From a virus (taxonomy: Duplodnaviria; Caudoviricetes), in the IMG/VR virus record IMGVR_UViG_3300006029_000045, positions 1-30,315 of that record: a DNA stretch of 30,315 nucleotides. One strand, written 5' to 3'. A model generated the notes under the pieces. It saw only the letters and a list, made by a program, of their open reading frames with translations, was not told where the DNA came from and ran no database searches. Position numbers and translations under genes: made by a program. Positions 7,195 to 16,360 of the stretch are shown here, piece after piece. Each line of letters opens with the position of its first letter. The stretch's first letter is position 1.

Positions 7195-8838
7195 ATGACA
7201 TTTATTAAAACACATTTACCCTGCCCTGAATGTGGTGGCAGTGACCCAGCATCTTTGAATGATGATGGCTCAATGTATTGTTTTAGTTGTGATAAGTTAA
7301 TTCCCAATCATGACAGCAGTATCTCACCCACACCAGTAGAATTTAAAACCTACAAAAATAATTCCGTTAATACATCCGATGGTTCTTTCAACGCTCTAAC
7401 AGATAGAAGTATTTCTCTTAGTACTGCTAAGAAGTATGGTGTTAAATCTATTCTTAACTCTAAAGATGAAATAGATACTCACATCTATCCCTACTACAAC
7501 GTCAATGAGATAGGTGCTTATAAACTTAGAGATGCTAAGAAGACATTCTTCTGGCAAGGGTCTTCAGTTGGCACTGGGCTGTTTGGTCAGCAGTTATTTC
7601 AAGAAGGAGGCAAGTACATTACTATCACTGAAGGTGAGTGTGATGCTATGGCAGGGTATGAACTGCTAGGATCTAAGTGGCCTGTAGTCTCTCTGAAGAA
7701 TGGTGCTGGCGGTGCAGTCAGAGATATAAAAGCATCTCTAGAGTTTTTAGAAAAGTTTGACAAAATTGTTATTAACTTTGATAGCGATACTCCGGGTAGA
7801 GAAGCTGCCAAAAAGGTGGCTAGGTTATTTACTCCGGGCAAAGCCTTGATCATGAGTCTCCCTGAAGAGTTTAAAGATGCTAATGATATGCTACGTAATG
7901 GTAATCACAAGGCATATACTACATCTTGGTGGGCTTCTAAAACCTATACCCCCTCTGGAATCATGAGTGCCAAAGATGTTATGGCTAAATATCATGATCG
8001 CCCCGAGAAGGAATCTATTCCTTATCCTTGGCATGGACTAAACGATAAGCTGTATGGACTCAGAACCGGAGAGCTTGTTACCGTGACAGGTGGTACTGGC
8101 CTAGGTAAATCTAGTATCACCAGAGAACTAGAACACTGGCTGATTAAAAATACTAAAGACAATGTAGGTATTATTGCTCTCGAAGAGGATTACTATAAGA
8201 CTGCTGACTGCCTTGTATCTATTGAAGCTAACACTAGATTATACATTGACCACATTAGAAAAGAATACCCAAAGGAAAAGCTAGATAGTATGCTATCAAA
8301 TCTCTTTGGAGATGATCGTGTTTGGATTCATTCACACTTTGGGTCTAACGATATTGATGAGATCTTTGCTAAAGTAAGATACATGATTGTCGGTCTTGAT
8401 TGTAAGTGGGTAGTAATAGATCACTTACATATGCTACTGTCGGCTAGTGCCGAAGGGGATGAACGCAGAACGATAGATACAATTATGCACAAGCTCCGCT
8501 CTATAGTTGAAGAGACGAATGCAGGTTTAATATTGGTATCTCACCTCAAGAGAATTGAAGGCAACAGAGGCCATGAGAATGGAGTTGCTGTTAACCTCAG
8601 TCACCTTAGGGGTTCGCAGTCTATAGCACAGCTCTCAGATTGTGTACTAGCCTTAGAACGTAATCAGCAGTCTGATGATCCTAATGAAGCCAACACTACC
8701 CATGTTAGAGTATTGAAGTCTAGGTATACTGGGGATGTAGGCATGGCAACCCATCTTACTTACGACAAAGAAACAGGAAGGCTGGCTGAAGTAATTGACT
8801 ATGAAGATGACTTTGAAGATGCGGAAGAAGCACTATGA
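7195..8838 (+). CDS. DNA primase-helicase (T7 gp4-like)
   Basis: Zn ribbon CPEC..CFSC, TOPRIM ITEGECDA and FDSD, Walker A GGTGLGKS, VIDHLH, LRGSQSIAQLSD, LKSRYTG. Confidence 0.96.
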   Translation: MTFIKTHLPCPECGGSDPASLNDDGSMYCFSCDKLIPNHDSSISPTPVEFKTYKNNSVNTSDGSFNALTDRSISLSTAKKYGVKSILNSKDEIDTHIYPYYNVNEIGAYKLRDAKKTFFWQGSSVGTGLFGQQLFQEGGKYITITEGECDAMAGYELLGSKWPVVSLKNGAGGAVRDIKASLEFLEKFDKIVINFDSDTPGREAAKKVARLFTPGKALIMSLPEEFKDANDMLRNGNHKAYTTSWWASKTYTPSGIMSAKDVMAKYHDRPEKESIPYPWHGLNDKLYGLRTGELVTVTGGTGLGKSSITRELEHWLIKNTKDNVGIIALEEDYYKTADCLVSIEANTRLYIDHIRKEYPKEKLDSMLSNLFGDDRVWIHSHFGSNDIDEIFAKVRYMIVGLDCKWVVIDHLHMLLSASAEGDERRTIDTIMHKLRSIVEETNAGLILVSHLKRIEGNRGHENGVAVNLSHLRGSQSIAQLSDCVLALERNQQSDDPNEANTTHVRVLKSRYTGDVGMATHLTYDKETGRLAEVIDYEDDFEDAEEAL

Positions 8839-10580
8839 AATCATTAATTTTTGATATTGAAACAGATGGGATAACAGATGTAAGTGTTATCTGGTGTATC
8901 TCTGCTGTAGATTTAGATAGTAATACTGTGTATGAGTTTGGCCCTAGTCAGATAGATGAAGGGGTCAAGCTACTACAACAGGCTGACAAGCTTATCGGTC
9001 ATAATATTATTAACTATGATATACCTTGGATAGACAGGATGTGTGGCGTTGACCTATCAGATAAAAAACTGGTAGATACTTTAATCATTTCTAGATTGTT
9101 CAATCCAGTACGTGAAGGAGGTCATAGCCTTAAACAATGGGGTGAGTCGGTAGGCTTCTCTAAGAGTGGGTATGATGACTTTACAGCCTATAGTCCTGAA
9201 ATGATGGCAAGATGTACCAGCGATGTTATTCTAAACAAGAAAGTTTATTTTGAACTACGCAAGGAAGCTGCGGGTTTCTCGAAACAGTCTATAGATATAG
9301 AGAATAAAGTTGCCCACATCCTGAAGGAACAGGAAGAACATGGCTTCTTGTTTGATCAGAAGACGGCATCTATTTTACTGGCAGAACTGAATGAAGAAGT
9401 TGAGATAGTAACTGCTGAAGTTAAGAAGCGATTCAAACCTAAGGTAGAAAGAATAGAAATATTCAAACGTCTAACCAAGTCAGGCAAAGTATCGAAGATG
9501 GGCGAAACTTTACAGGGTAAGGGACTAAGACTTACAGAAGATGATCACAAGGAAATAGCTAGTAAAGGATCTATCATACGTGAGAAAAGAATAGAGTTTA
9601 ATCTAGGCTCACGCAAACAGATAGGAGAATATCTAAAAGAGTTTGGGTGGAAGCCCAAGAAGTTTACCCCAACAGGTCAGCCAATGGTTGATGAAAAGAT
9701 ATTATCTAATGTAAAAGGAATACCAGAAGCAGCACTGATAGGTAACTATTTGATGCTTCAGAAACGTATCTCACAGATAAATGCATGGTTCAAGGAGCTA
9801 GAAAAAGATGGCAGAGTGCATGGATTTGTTAACCATAATGGTACTGTTACTGGTAGAATGACTCATAGGAACCCCAACATGGCTCAAGTTCCAAGCTGTT
9901 CCGCTCCTTACGGTAAGGAATGCAGAGCTTGTTGGGTAGTTCCTTCTAAACATAAACTAGTAGGCATTGATGCTAGTGGTCTTGAGTTAAGAATACTTGC
10001 TCACTATATGAATGATGAGGGATTTATAGATGAAATTCTCAACGGAGACATACACACAGCTAATCAAAGACTTGCAGGTCTTGAATCAAGAAATCAGGCA
10101 AAGACATTCATATATGCACTCATATACGGAGCCGGAGATGAAAAGATTGGCACAGTGGTTGGAGGAAGCAAGAAAGACGGCAAAAGACTTAGAGACACTT
10201 TCCTCAATAATCTGCCATCATTTAGAACTCTTATCGCTAAAGTATCGAGAGCTGCAACCAGAGGTTTCCTCAAAGGAATAGATGGTAGAAAAATAAAAGT
10301 TAGATCCCAACACAGTGCATTGAATGCCTTGTTACAGGGAGGGGGTGCTATCGCGATGAAGCAGGGATTGATTCTGTTTCATGAAAAGATACAGAAGTAT
10401 AATGCTGTTGTAGTGGGCAACGTCCACGATGAATGGCAAGTAGAAGTACCAGCCCAGTATGCAGAAGAAGTAGGGAGGGTAGGTGTTGAGTGTATTATAC
10501 AGGCAGGTAAAGATCTAGAACTTAACTGTCCCTTAGATGGTGAATATAAAATTGGAGATAACTGGAGTGAAACACATTAA
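8835..10580 (+). CDS. polA: Family A DNA polymerase with 3'-5' exonuclease (T7 gp5-like)
   Basis: FDIETDG, GHNIINYD, TVTGRMTH, motif A DASGLELR, motif B KTFIYALIYG, motif C VHDE. Confidence 0.96.
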   Translation: MKSLIFDIETDGITDVSVIWCISAVDLDSNTVYEFGPSQIDEGVKLLQQADKLIGHNIINYDIPWIDRMCGVDLSDKKLVDTLIISRLFNPVREGGHSLKQWGESVGFSKSGYDDFTAYSPEMMARCTSDVILNKKVYFELRKEAAGFSKQSIDIENKVAHILKEQEEHGFLFDQKTASILLAELNEEVEIVTAEVKKRFKPKVERIEIFKRLTKSGKVSKMGETLQGKGLRLTEDDHKEIASKGSIIREKRIEFNLGSRKQIGEYLKEFGWKPKKFTPTGQPMVDEKILSNVKGIPEAALIGNYLMLQKRISQINAWFKELEKDGRVHGFVNHNGTVTGRMTHRNPNMAQVPSCSAPYGKECRACWVVPSKHKLVGIDASGLELRILAHYMNDEGFIDEILNGDIHTANQRLAGLESRNQAKTFIYALIYGAGDEKIGTVVGGSKKDGKRLRDTFLNNLPSFRTLIAKVSRAATRGFLKGIDGRKIKVRSQHSALNALLQGGGAIAMKQGLILFHEKIQKYNAVVVGNVHDEWQVEVPAQYAEEVGRVGVECIIQAGKDLELNCPLDGEYKIGDNWSETH

Positions 10581-10854
10581 ACACGAACCAAACAGGGTAG
10601 GTGATCTAGGAGAATACTATGCTATCACATGGTTATGGGATAATGGTTATCATGTCTTTAAAAACTGTGGGTGTACAGGCCCTATAGATATAGTAGCTCT
10701 TTCACCTGAAGGAAAGGTAACGCTCATTGATGTTAAGTCTTACAAAGACAGTAGGCTATCATCGAAATCAGAATTACAAAAAAAGCTGGGTGTACAGTAC
10801 TTACACTATAACTCAAAGACGCGGAAGTGCCGCTTTGTGGAGCATAAGATATGA
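10567..10854 (+). CDS. Small PD-(D/E)xK nuclease (Hjc-like)
   Basis: GDLGE, GPIDIVA..IDVKS; GGAG at 10554-10557 suggests GTG 10567 as start. Confidence 0.7.
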   Translation: MKHIKHEPNRVGDLGEYYAITWLWDNGYHVFKNCGCTGPIDIVALSPEGKVTLIDVKSYKDSRLSSKSELQKKLGVQYLHYNSKTRKCRFVEHKI

Positions 10855-11705
10855 AGTCATTACAAAATATAGTAGAAGATATATATGAAAATCTAAAGCC
10901 TCTCTGCAATGGTGAGTCCTTAGATATATCAGAAGAAGAGATAGATAAGTTTGGCGAGGATATGAAAAACGTATTACGTCATTGGGCCAGACCTACTGCC
11001 AGAGATTCATCTTTTAAATTGAGAATGTCTAACGTAGGTAAGCCCTCCCGTCAGTTATGGTATGACAACAAATCAGAAAAATCTTCTTCCCTTTCTCCCA
11101 GCACGATGATCAAGTTTTTTTACGGCCATATTCTCGAAGAAGTAGTTCTTCTGTTGGCTAGGCTTTCGGGTCATGATGTAACAGATGAGCAGAAGGAAGT
11201 AGAGATCAATGGAGTTAAAGGACATATCGACTGCAAAATAGATGGTGAAGTTGTAGATGTAAAGACTGCATCCTCATTTGCCTTCAAGAAGTTTAGACAT
11301 GGTACACTACCTGATGATGATCCTTTCGGTTACATTGCACAGATCTCTGGCTATGAACAGGCAGAAAAAAGTAGTCATGGCGGTTTCCTAGCGATTAACA
11401 AAGAGACAGGTGAGCTTGCTTTTTATGAGCCTGATGAGCTTAGTAAGATAGATACTAAGAAACGTATCGTATCTCTCAAGAAAATATTAAAGTCTAATAG
11501 CCCTCCCTCAAAATGTTATCCTGATCTACCCGAAGGAGCGAAAGGAAACATGAAACTTAATCGTGGTTGTTCCTACTGCCCTCATAAGTTCATATGCCAT
11601 TCTGATTCTAATAATGGCGAGGGGCTTAGAGGATTTAAATATGCCAAGGGCGTTACTTATTTCACAAAGATAGTCAAAGAACCTAATGTGGAAGAGATAT
11701 TATGA
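10851..11705 (+). CDS. Cas4/RecB-like PD-(D/E)xK exonuclease
   Basis: RMSNVGKP-x-RQLWY, GHIDC..DVKT, YIAQISGY, C-terminal CSYC-x5-C. Confidence 0.8.
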   Translation: MKSLQNIVEDIYENLKPLCNGESLDISEEEIDKFGEDMKNVLRHWARPTARDSSFKLRMSNVGKPSRQLWYDNKSEKSSSLSPSTMIKFFYGHILEEVVLLLARLSGHDVTDEQKEVEINGVKGHIDCKIDGEVVDVKTASSFAFKKFRHGTLPDDDPFGYIAQISGYEQAEKSSHGGFLAINKETGELAFYEPDELSKIDTKKRIVSLKKILKSNSPPSKCYPDLPEGAKGNMKLNRGCSYCPHKFICHSDSNNGEGLRGFKYAKGVTYFTKIVKEPNVEEIL

Positions 11706-11950
11706 ATGGTAGAAAAAGTAAATTAGCGAGAAGGCTTGCTAAAGACCTAGCATTTGGATGGCTTAAAACTCTAGTCTCTTCAGAAGAAGCAGAGAAGATA
11801 ACTCAAGATAACTTTATGGATCTCATGCCTACACAGACCCATATCATGAATGAAGGACAGATGCGTTTGATGCCTAATACCTACAGGTGGTTTATTAAAC
11901 AGGTCAAAACATCTGGAGTGGATCATATAAATGATAGAAAATTTAGATAG
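11702..11950 (+). CDS. Hypothetical protein, 82 aa
   Basis: ATGA overlap with the exonuclease stop. Confidence 0.75.
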   Translation: MNGRKSKLARRLAKDLAFGWLKTLVSSEEAEKITQDNFMDLMPTQTHIMNEGQMRLMPNTYRWFIKQVKTSGVDHINDRKFR

Positions 11951-12101
11951 TATTGATCTAGTAGATTTGATTATAATGACTAGTGAATTCCTGTTATCTA
12001 ATAACGCCGACATTGCTGAGATTCCTGATGCCGTTATTGAAAGAATCTGTGATCTTACTGACTATGAGTTAGGCTTTAGACTTGAGAGTACAATACATTG
12101 A
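11931..12101 (+). CDS. Small acidic hypothetical protein, 56 aa (MIENLDSIDLVD..ESTIH)
   Basis: Fills the gap exactly; TGA 12099-12101 overlaps the TTG start of endonuclease I; missed by the track. Confidence 0.65.
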   Translation: MIENLDSIDLVDLIIMTSEFLLSNNADIAEIPDAVIERICDLTDYELGFRLESTIH

Positions 12102-12610
12102 CAAAAGCAAAGATCAGGAAAGGCTACAGAAAAAGCAGGGTAAAACGTCCTGTAGAAAAGAACGTACCTACTAGTTATGATTCCATTTGGGAGTACACTT
12201 TGCATAGTGGTCTTCTTAAAAATTGGAAACATCATGACCGGAAGATCCCTTACACAGTTAACCATGTCTATCATCCAGACTTTAGCAAGAAGGTAGGGCG
12301 CAAGACTTATCTTATAGAAGCTAAGGGCCGCTTTTGGGATTACTCAGAATACAATAAATATATCTGGATAAAAAAGATGCTTCCTCCTAATGTGGAATTA
12401 GTATTTCTTTTCGCTAATCCTAACGCTCCAATGCCTCAGGCTAAAAGACGCAAGGACGGAACCAAACGAAGTCATGGTGAATGGGCAGGAGCTAATGGCT
12501 TCAAATGGTATAGTGAAGAAAGTATTCCAGATGATTGGGTAGATATGGAGTACCGTGAAAGCGAACAGTTTAAAGAAGAGTATTATGATATAGATAAGGA
12601 GCAAGAATAA
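12098..12610 (+). CDS. Endonuclease I / Holliday junction resolvase (T7 gp3-like)
   Basis: YDSIWE, YHPDF, IEAKGRF, LVFLF-x-NP, W-x3-NGFKW. Confidence 0.85.
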   Translation: MTKAKIRKGYRKSRVKRPVEKNVPTSYDSIWEYTLHSGLLKNWKHHDRKIPYTVNHVYHPDFSKKVGRKTYLIEAKGRFWDYSEYNKYIWIKKMLPPNVELVFLFANPNAPMPQAKRRKDGTKRSHGEWAGANGFKWYSEESIPDDWVDMEYRESEQFKEEYYDIDKEQE

Positions 12611-12912
12611 TGATTGAGAACACAAAAGTCACAGATAACGATCCTGTGAATAGTCCTACCCATTATAATTCAGGCAAGCTTGAGTGCATCGAGGCTATGG
12701 AAGCCATGCTTAACCCTGAGGAGTTTATAGGTTACTTGAGGGGCAACAGCCTAAAATACAGATGGCGTTTCCGCTACAAGAATGGCATAGAAGATTTATA
12801 TAAAGCACGATGGTACGAGGACAGACTTATTAAGTATATAGAAAAAAATGGATGTAAAGTAAAAGAGGAACCTTACCTCGATTATTTAAAGGATCATTAT
12901 AATGACAACTAA
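12610..12912 (+). CDS. DUF3310 protein (T7 gp1.7-like nucleotide kinase family)
   Basis: DPVNSPTHY, ECIEA, GNSLKYRWR, EDLYKARWY. Confidence 0.85.
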   Translation: MIENTKVTDNDPVNSPTHYNSGKLECIEAMEAMLNPEEFIGYLRGNSLKYRWRFRYKNGIEDLYKARWYEDRLIKYIEKNGCKVKEEPYLDYLKDHYNDN

Positions 12913-14806
12913 AATTGGTGTACAAGATTATAAGGGAATTAAAATAGATTATTCCCGTGAAGAGTTACTTGGTGATTTTGCAATCGCCACGTTAAAAGAT
13001 AGATACCTCTGGGCTGATGAAGAACATGCTCAAGAGGCTTTCGCAAGAGCATCTATATTTGGAGCAACTTATAATGAAATTACTGACTATGCTTTGGCAC
13101 AACGGCTTTATGACTATAGTAGCCTACTCTGGTTTATGTTTAGCACTCCTATCCTTAGCAACGGGGGTACCAGCCGTGGCCTTCCTATCAGTTGCTTTCT
13201 TAATTATGTTCCTGATTCCCGTCATGGTTTATCTACTCACTATGATGAGAACATATGGCTTGCAAGTGGAGGTGGAGGCATTGGTGGATATTGGGGTGCT
13301 GTTCGCAGTAACGGCGTGGATACTTCTAACAGCAGTAAATCTACTGGTTCTATTCCCTTCATGCATGTAGTTGACAGTCAGATGTTAGCCTTCAATCAGG
13401 GAGTTACCCGAAGAGGAAGCTATGCTGCCTATATGAATATCTCTCACCCGGAGATTGAAGAGTTTATATCTATGCGTAAGACAACAGGCGGGGATATAAA
13501 TAGGAAATGCTTGAACTTACACAACGGTGTTAACATCACCAATGATTTCTTAGATGCTGTAAAACGTGATGACGATTGGAGACTTATAGATCCTAAAACT
13601 AATACTGCAATTAAGACTGTATCTGCTAGAGATCTTTGGTGGCAGCTTATATCCACTAGGGCCGAAACAGGTGAGCCTTATATAGTTAATATAGATAGAT
13701 GTAATGAAAGTTTACCTGATGAGCAAAAAGCATTAGGGCTTAGTATCAAACAGAGTAATCTATGTTCTGAAATTACATTAGCTACAGATGAAGAACGTAC
13801 CGCTGTATGCTGTTTGTCCAGCGTTAATCTAGAACACTTTGATGCATGGTCAACATTAGATACCTTTATACCTGATCTAATTACAATGTTAGATAATGTG
13901 ATACAACATTTTGTAGGTTATGTTGTAGGTGATTGGCCTGTACAAAATGAGTATATGATAAACAAACCTTTAAACTTTCCAGAGTTTAAGAATTGCTGCG
14001 ACCCTGAAAAGATTGGCTATTCAAAAGCGGCCTATTCAGCTTACCGTGAAAGATCTTTGGGTCTAGGAGCTATGGGTTTTCATAGTTATTTACAGGCCAA
14101 GGGAATACCTTTTGAGGGTATGTATGCTGCCTCCTTCAATCACAAATCTTTTTCTCTTATTAAAGATCGGGCTTCTGCTGCTTCACGTATATTAGCTGAA
14201 GAAAGAGGAGAGGCTCCTGATATGATAGGTAGTGGTAGAAGGAATGCCCACCTCATGGCTGTAGCTCCTAACGCCTCTAGCTCTATTATCTGTGGTGGTA
14301 CTAGTCCTTCTATTGAGCCAGTAAGGGCCAATATTTTTACTCATAAGACTCTCTCTGGAAGCTTTAAAGTTCAGAATAAATATCTAGATGATGTTCTCCT
14401 TGAGCTATACCCCGACAATACTAAGCGAAAGAAAATATGGAAAAGCATAGCAGAGCATCAGGGTTCGGTTCAGCACCTTGATCTACCTGATAGTGTTAAA
14501 GAAATATTTAAAACAGCAGATGAGATAAATCAGATATGGATTGTAGAACATGCCCATCAGCGGCAAGACTACATCTGCCAGAGCCAGAGCGTCAACCTAT
14601 TCTTTATTCCTCCTAAGGCTACGGAGCCTCAAGAAGTACATGATGAGTATCTCCAGTATATTAATGATGTACACTGGGCGGGTGCCAAGAACTTAAAGTC
14701 TATGTACTATCTCAGGTCAGACGCAGCAAGATCTGCTGAGAATGTAAACATTAAGATTCCTCGTATCAACCTTTCTGAGGGGGAGTGCCTAAGCTGTGAA
14801 GGCTAA
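12902..14806 (+). CDS. nrdA: Ribonucleotide reductase class I alpha subunit (no ATP cone)
   Basis: STPILSN, PISCF, SNLCSEI, VCCLSS, APNASSS, YYLRS, C-terminal CLSCEG. Confidence 0.95.
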   Translation: MTTKIGVQDYKGIKIDYSREELLGDFAIATLKDRYLWADEEHAQEAFARASIFGATYNEITDYALAQRLYDYSSLLWFMFSTPILSNGGTSRGLPISCFLNYVPDSRHGLSTHYDENIWLASGGGGIGGYWGAVRSNGVDTSNSSKSTGSIPFMHVVDSQMLAFNQGVTRRGSYAAYMNISHPEIEEFISMRKTTGGDINRKCLNLHNGVNITNDFLDAVKRDDDWRLIDPKTNTAIKTVSARDLWWQLISTRAETGEPYIVNIDRCNESLPDEQKALGLSIKQSNLCSEITLATDEERTAVCCLSSVNLEHFDAWSTLDTFIPDLITMLDNVIQHFVGYVVGDWPVQNEYMINKPLNFPEFKNCCDPEKIGYSKAAYSAYRERSLGLGAMGFHSYLQAKGIPFEGMYAASFNHKSFSLIKDRASAASRILAEERGEAPDMIGSGRRNAHLMAVAPNASSSIICGGTSPSIEPVRANIFTHKTLSGSFKVQNKYLDDVLLELYPDNTKRKKIWKSIAEHQGSVQHLDLPDSVKEIFKTADEINQIWIVEHAHQRQDYICQSQSVNLFFIPPKATEPQEVHDEYLQYINDVHWAGAKNLKSMYYLRSDAARSAENVNIKIPRINLSEGECLSCEG

Positions 14807-15044
14807 AACACTTGTAGAAGTTAAATGGGATGATGCTTGGACTGACTTTCAGGACGTTGAGGTGTCGAGAGCAAAAAAACTAAAGCCCATACCAAGAACC
14901 ACAGTAGGATGGTTGGTAGAAAATAATAGTGATTGTGTTGTATTATGTACAGATTACTATGACAAAGATAAATCAATAATAAACACGCCTATTGTTATTC
15001 CAACAGGAATGATTAAATCTTTACATAAATATGAAGTCATATAG
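14796..15044 (+). CDS. Phage hypothetical protein (VKWDDA..TVGWL..IP family)
   Basis: GGGGAG RBS, GTG start overlapping the nrdA end. Confidence 0.75.
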   Translation: MKAKTLVEVKWDDAWTDFQDVEVSRAKKLKPIPRTTVGWLVENNSDCVVLCTDYYDKDKSIINTPIVIPTGMIKSLHKYEVI

Positions 15045-15177
15045 GTATTGTAATTGTGGATTTAAAATGATGGAGGTCTTAACCTATGACGAGGATGACC
15101 CACAAAAGAAGGTACAGCATAAAGCTTGGCAGTGTCCCTATTGCCGAAACCGTATAGAAGATAAGGAGAAAAAGTGA
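15031..15177 (+). CDS. 48-aa zinc-ribbon microprotein (CNCG..WQCPYC)
   Basis: ATG 15031, TGA 15175-15177 overlaps the nrdB GTG; missed by the track. Confidence 0.65.
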   Translation: MKSYRYCNCGFKMMEVLTYDEDDPQKKVQHKAWQCPYCRNRIEDKEKK

Positions 15178-16136
15178 GTTTACTATCAACACGCGATTAC
15201 TATAAACCTTTTGACCACCCTTGGATGTTTGATTACTATTTCCAACAGAACCAGATGCATTGGTTCCCTGAGGATGTACCTCTACACAACGATGTAAAAG
15301 ATTGGCAGGATATGACAACTGCTGAAAAGAATTTACTTGTGCAAATCTTTAGACTTTTTACCCAATCAGACGTTGATGTGGGTAAAGGATACGTAGATAG
15401 GTACATGAGAATCTTTAGAAAGCCTGAAGCCCGGATGATGATGGGTTCATTTGCCAACATGGAATCGATACACCAACACGCCTACAGCCTGTTACTAGAC
15501 ACAGTAGGTATGCCAGAGACAGAGTATAAAGCTTTTGCAGAGTATGAGGAGATGGCCTCTAAGCATGAGTATATCAATGACCTGAAGATTTCCAAGACAG
15601 ATAAAAAGTCTATTGCTAAGAACCTTGCCGTATATAGTGCCTTTACAGAAGGACTACAGTTGTTCTCAAGCTTTGTAATACTGCTTAACTTCCCACGTTT
15701 TGGTAAGATGAAAGGGATGGGACAGATTGTAAGCTATAGCATTAAGGATGAATCCCTACACGTTGAGGCTATGACCAAGCTATTCAGGGAGTTTATACAA
15801 GAGAATTTAGATATATGGACTGATGAGTTTAAGAAAGAAATCTATCAGTCATGTAGAGATATGGTAAACCTAGAACAGAAGTTTCTTGATTTGGTATTTG
15901 AACTTGGTGACATCCCCGGCCTAACACGCAAAGAGATGTCGGACTATGTTGAATATATTGCAGACCGCAGACTGCTTCAGCTTGGCCTAAAGCCTAACTA
16001 CAAAGTAAAAGAGAACCCCTTAGATTGGTTAGATGATGTGCTAGGCGTTGAGCATCAGAACTTTTTTGAAGGCAGAGCTACCGCATATATGAAAGCCGGA
16101 CTCAGGGGTAAGCAAGAAGGAATCACTTTCTCGTGA
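15174..16136 (+). CDS. nrdB: Ribonucleotide reductase class Ia beta subunit
   Basis: FTQSD, ESIHQHAYS (radical Tyr), FTEG-x2-LFSSF, DESLH, NFFE-x-R-x3-Y; AAGGAG RBS. Confidence 0.95.
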   Translation: MSLLSTRDYYKPFDHPWMFDYYFQQNQMHWFPEDVPLHNDVKDWQDMTTAEKNLLVQIFRLFTQSDVDVGKGYVDRYMRIFRKPEARMMMGSFANMESIHQHAYSLLLDTVGMPETEYKAFAEYEEMASKHEYINDLKISKTDKKSIAKNLAVYSAFTEGLQLFSSFVILLNFPRFGKMKGMGQIVSYSIKDESLHVEAMTKLFREFIQENLDIWTDEFKKEIYQSCRDMVNLEQKFLDLVFELGDIPGLTRKEMSDYVEYIADRRLLQLGLKPNYKVKENPLDWLDDVLGVEHQNFFEGRATAYMKAGLRGKQEGITFS

Positions 16137-16360
16137 AAAAAGGTAATATTGTTTCTATGGCAGTTCAGCTAGGAATTGATGGTAATATATACTGTGAGTT
16201 CGCTGAACTTCCTTTTGAAGAAATAGAAAAAGTATTTAAAAATAAATACGAAGCCTCTTTAATAAAGACTATTCATACGTTTATGAATAAGAAATTTAAA
16301 GAGTCTTCGATTTCTTTAGAAAAAGAAATGCAAGCAGTTACTGCTACCATAGTTAAGTAG
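16133..16360 (+). CDS. Hypothetical protein, last gene of the + arm
   Basis: GTGA overlap with the nrdB stop. Confidence 0.7.
   Translation: MKKGNIVSMAVQLGIDGNIYCEFAELPFEEIEKVFKNKYEASLIKTIHTFMNKKFKESSISLEKEMQAVTATIVK

Noticed and set aside
2100-12101. C-terminal VMH/TIH endings on two small acidic proteins as a shared tag
   Set aside because: Two instances are not distinguishable from chance in this window.
8835-14806. Inteins or introns in PolA or NrdA
   Set aside because: Both ORFs are compact and continuous, with no splice-junction or homing endonuclease motifs.
2427-15460. Minus-strand and nested short ORFs in the + arm (e.g. 2427..2621, 3598..3795, 6414..6755, 7599..7853, 10030..10281, 13017..13370, 15079..15318)
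   Set aside because: Shadows of well-supported genes, with no RBS or motifs.
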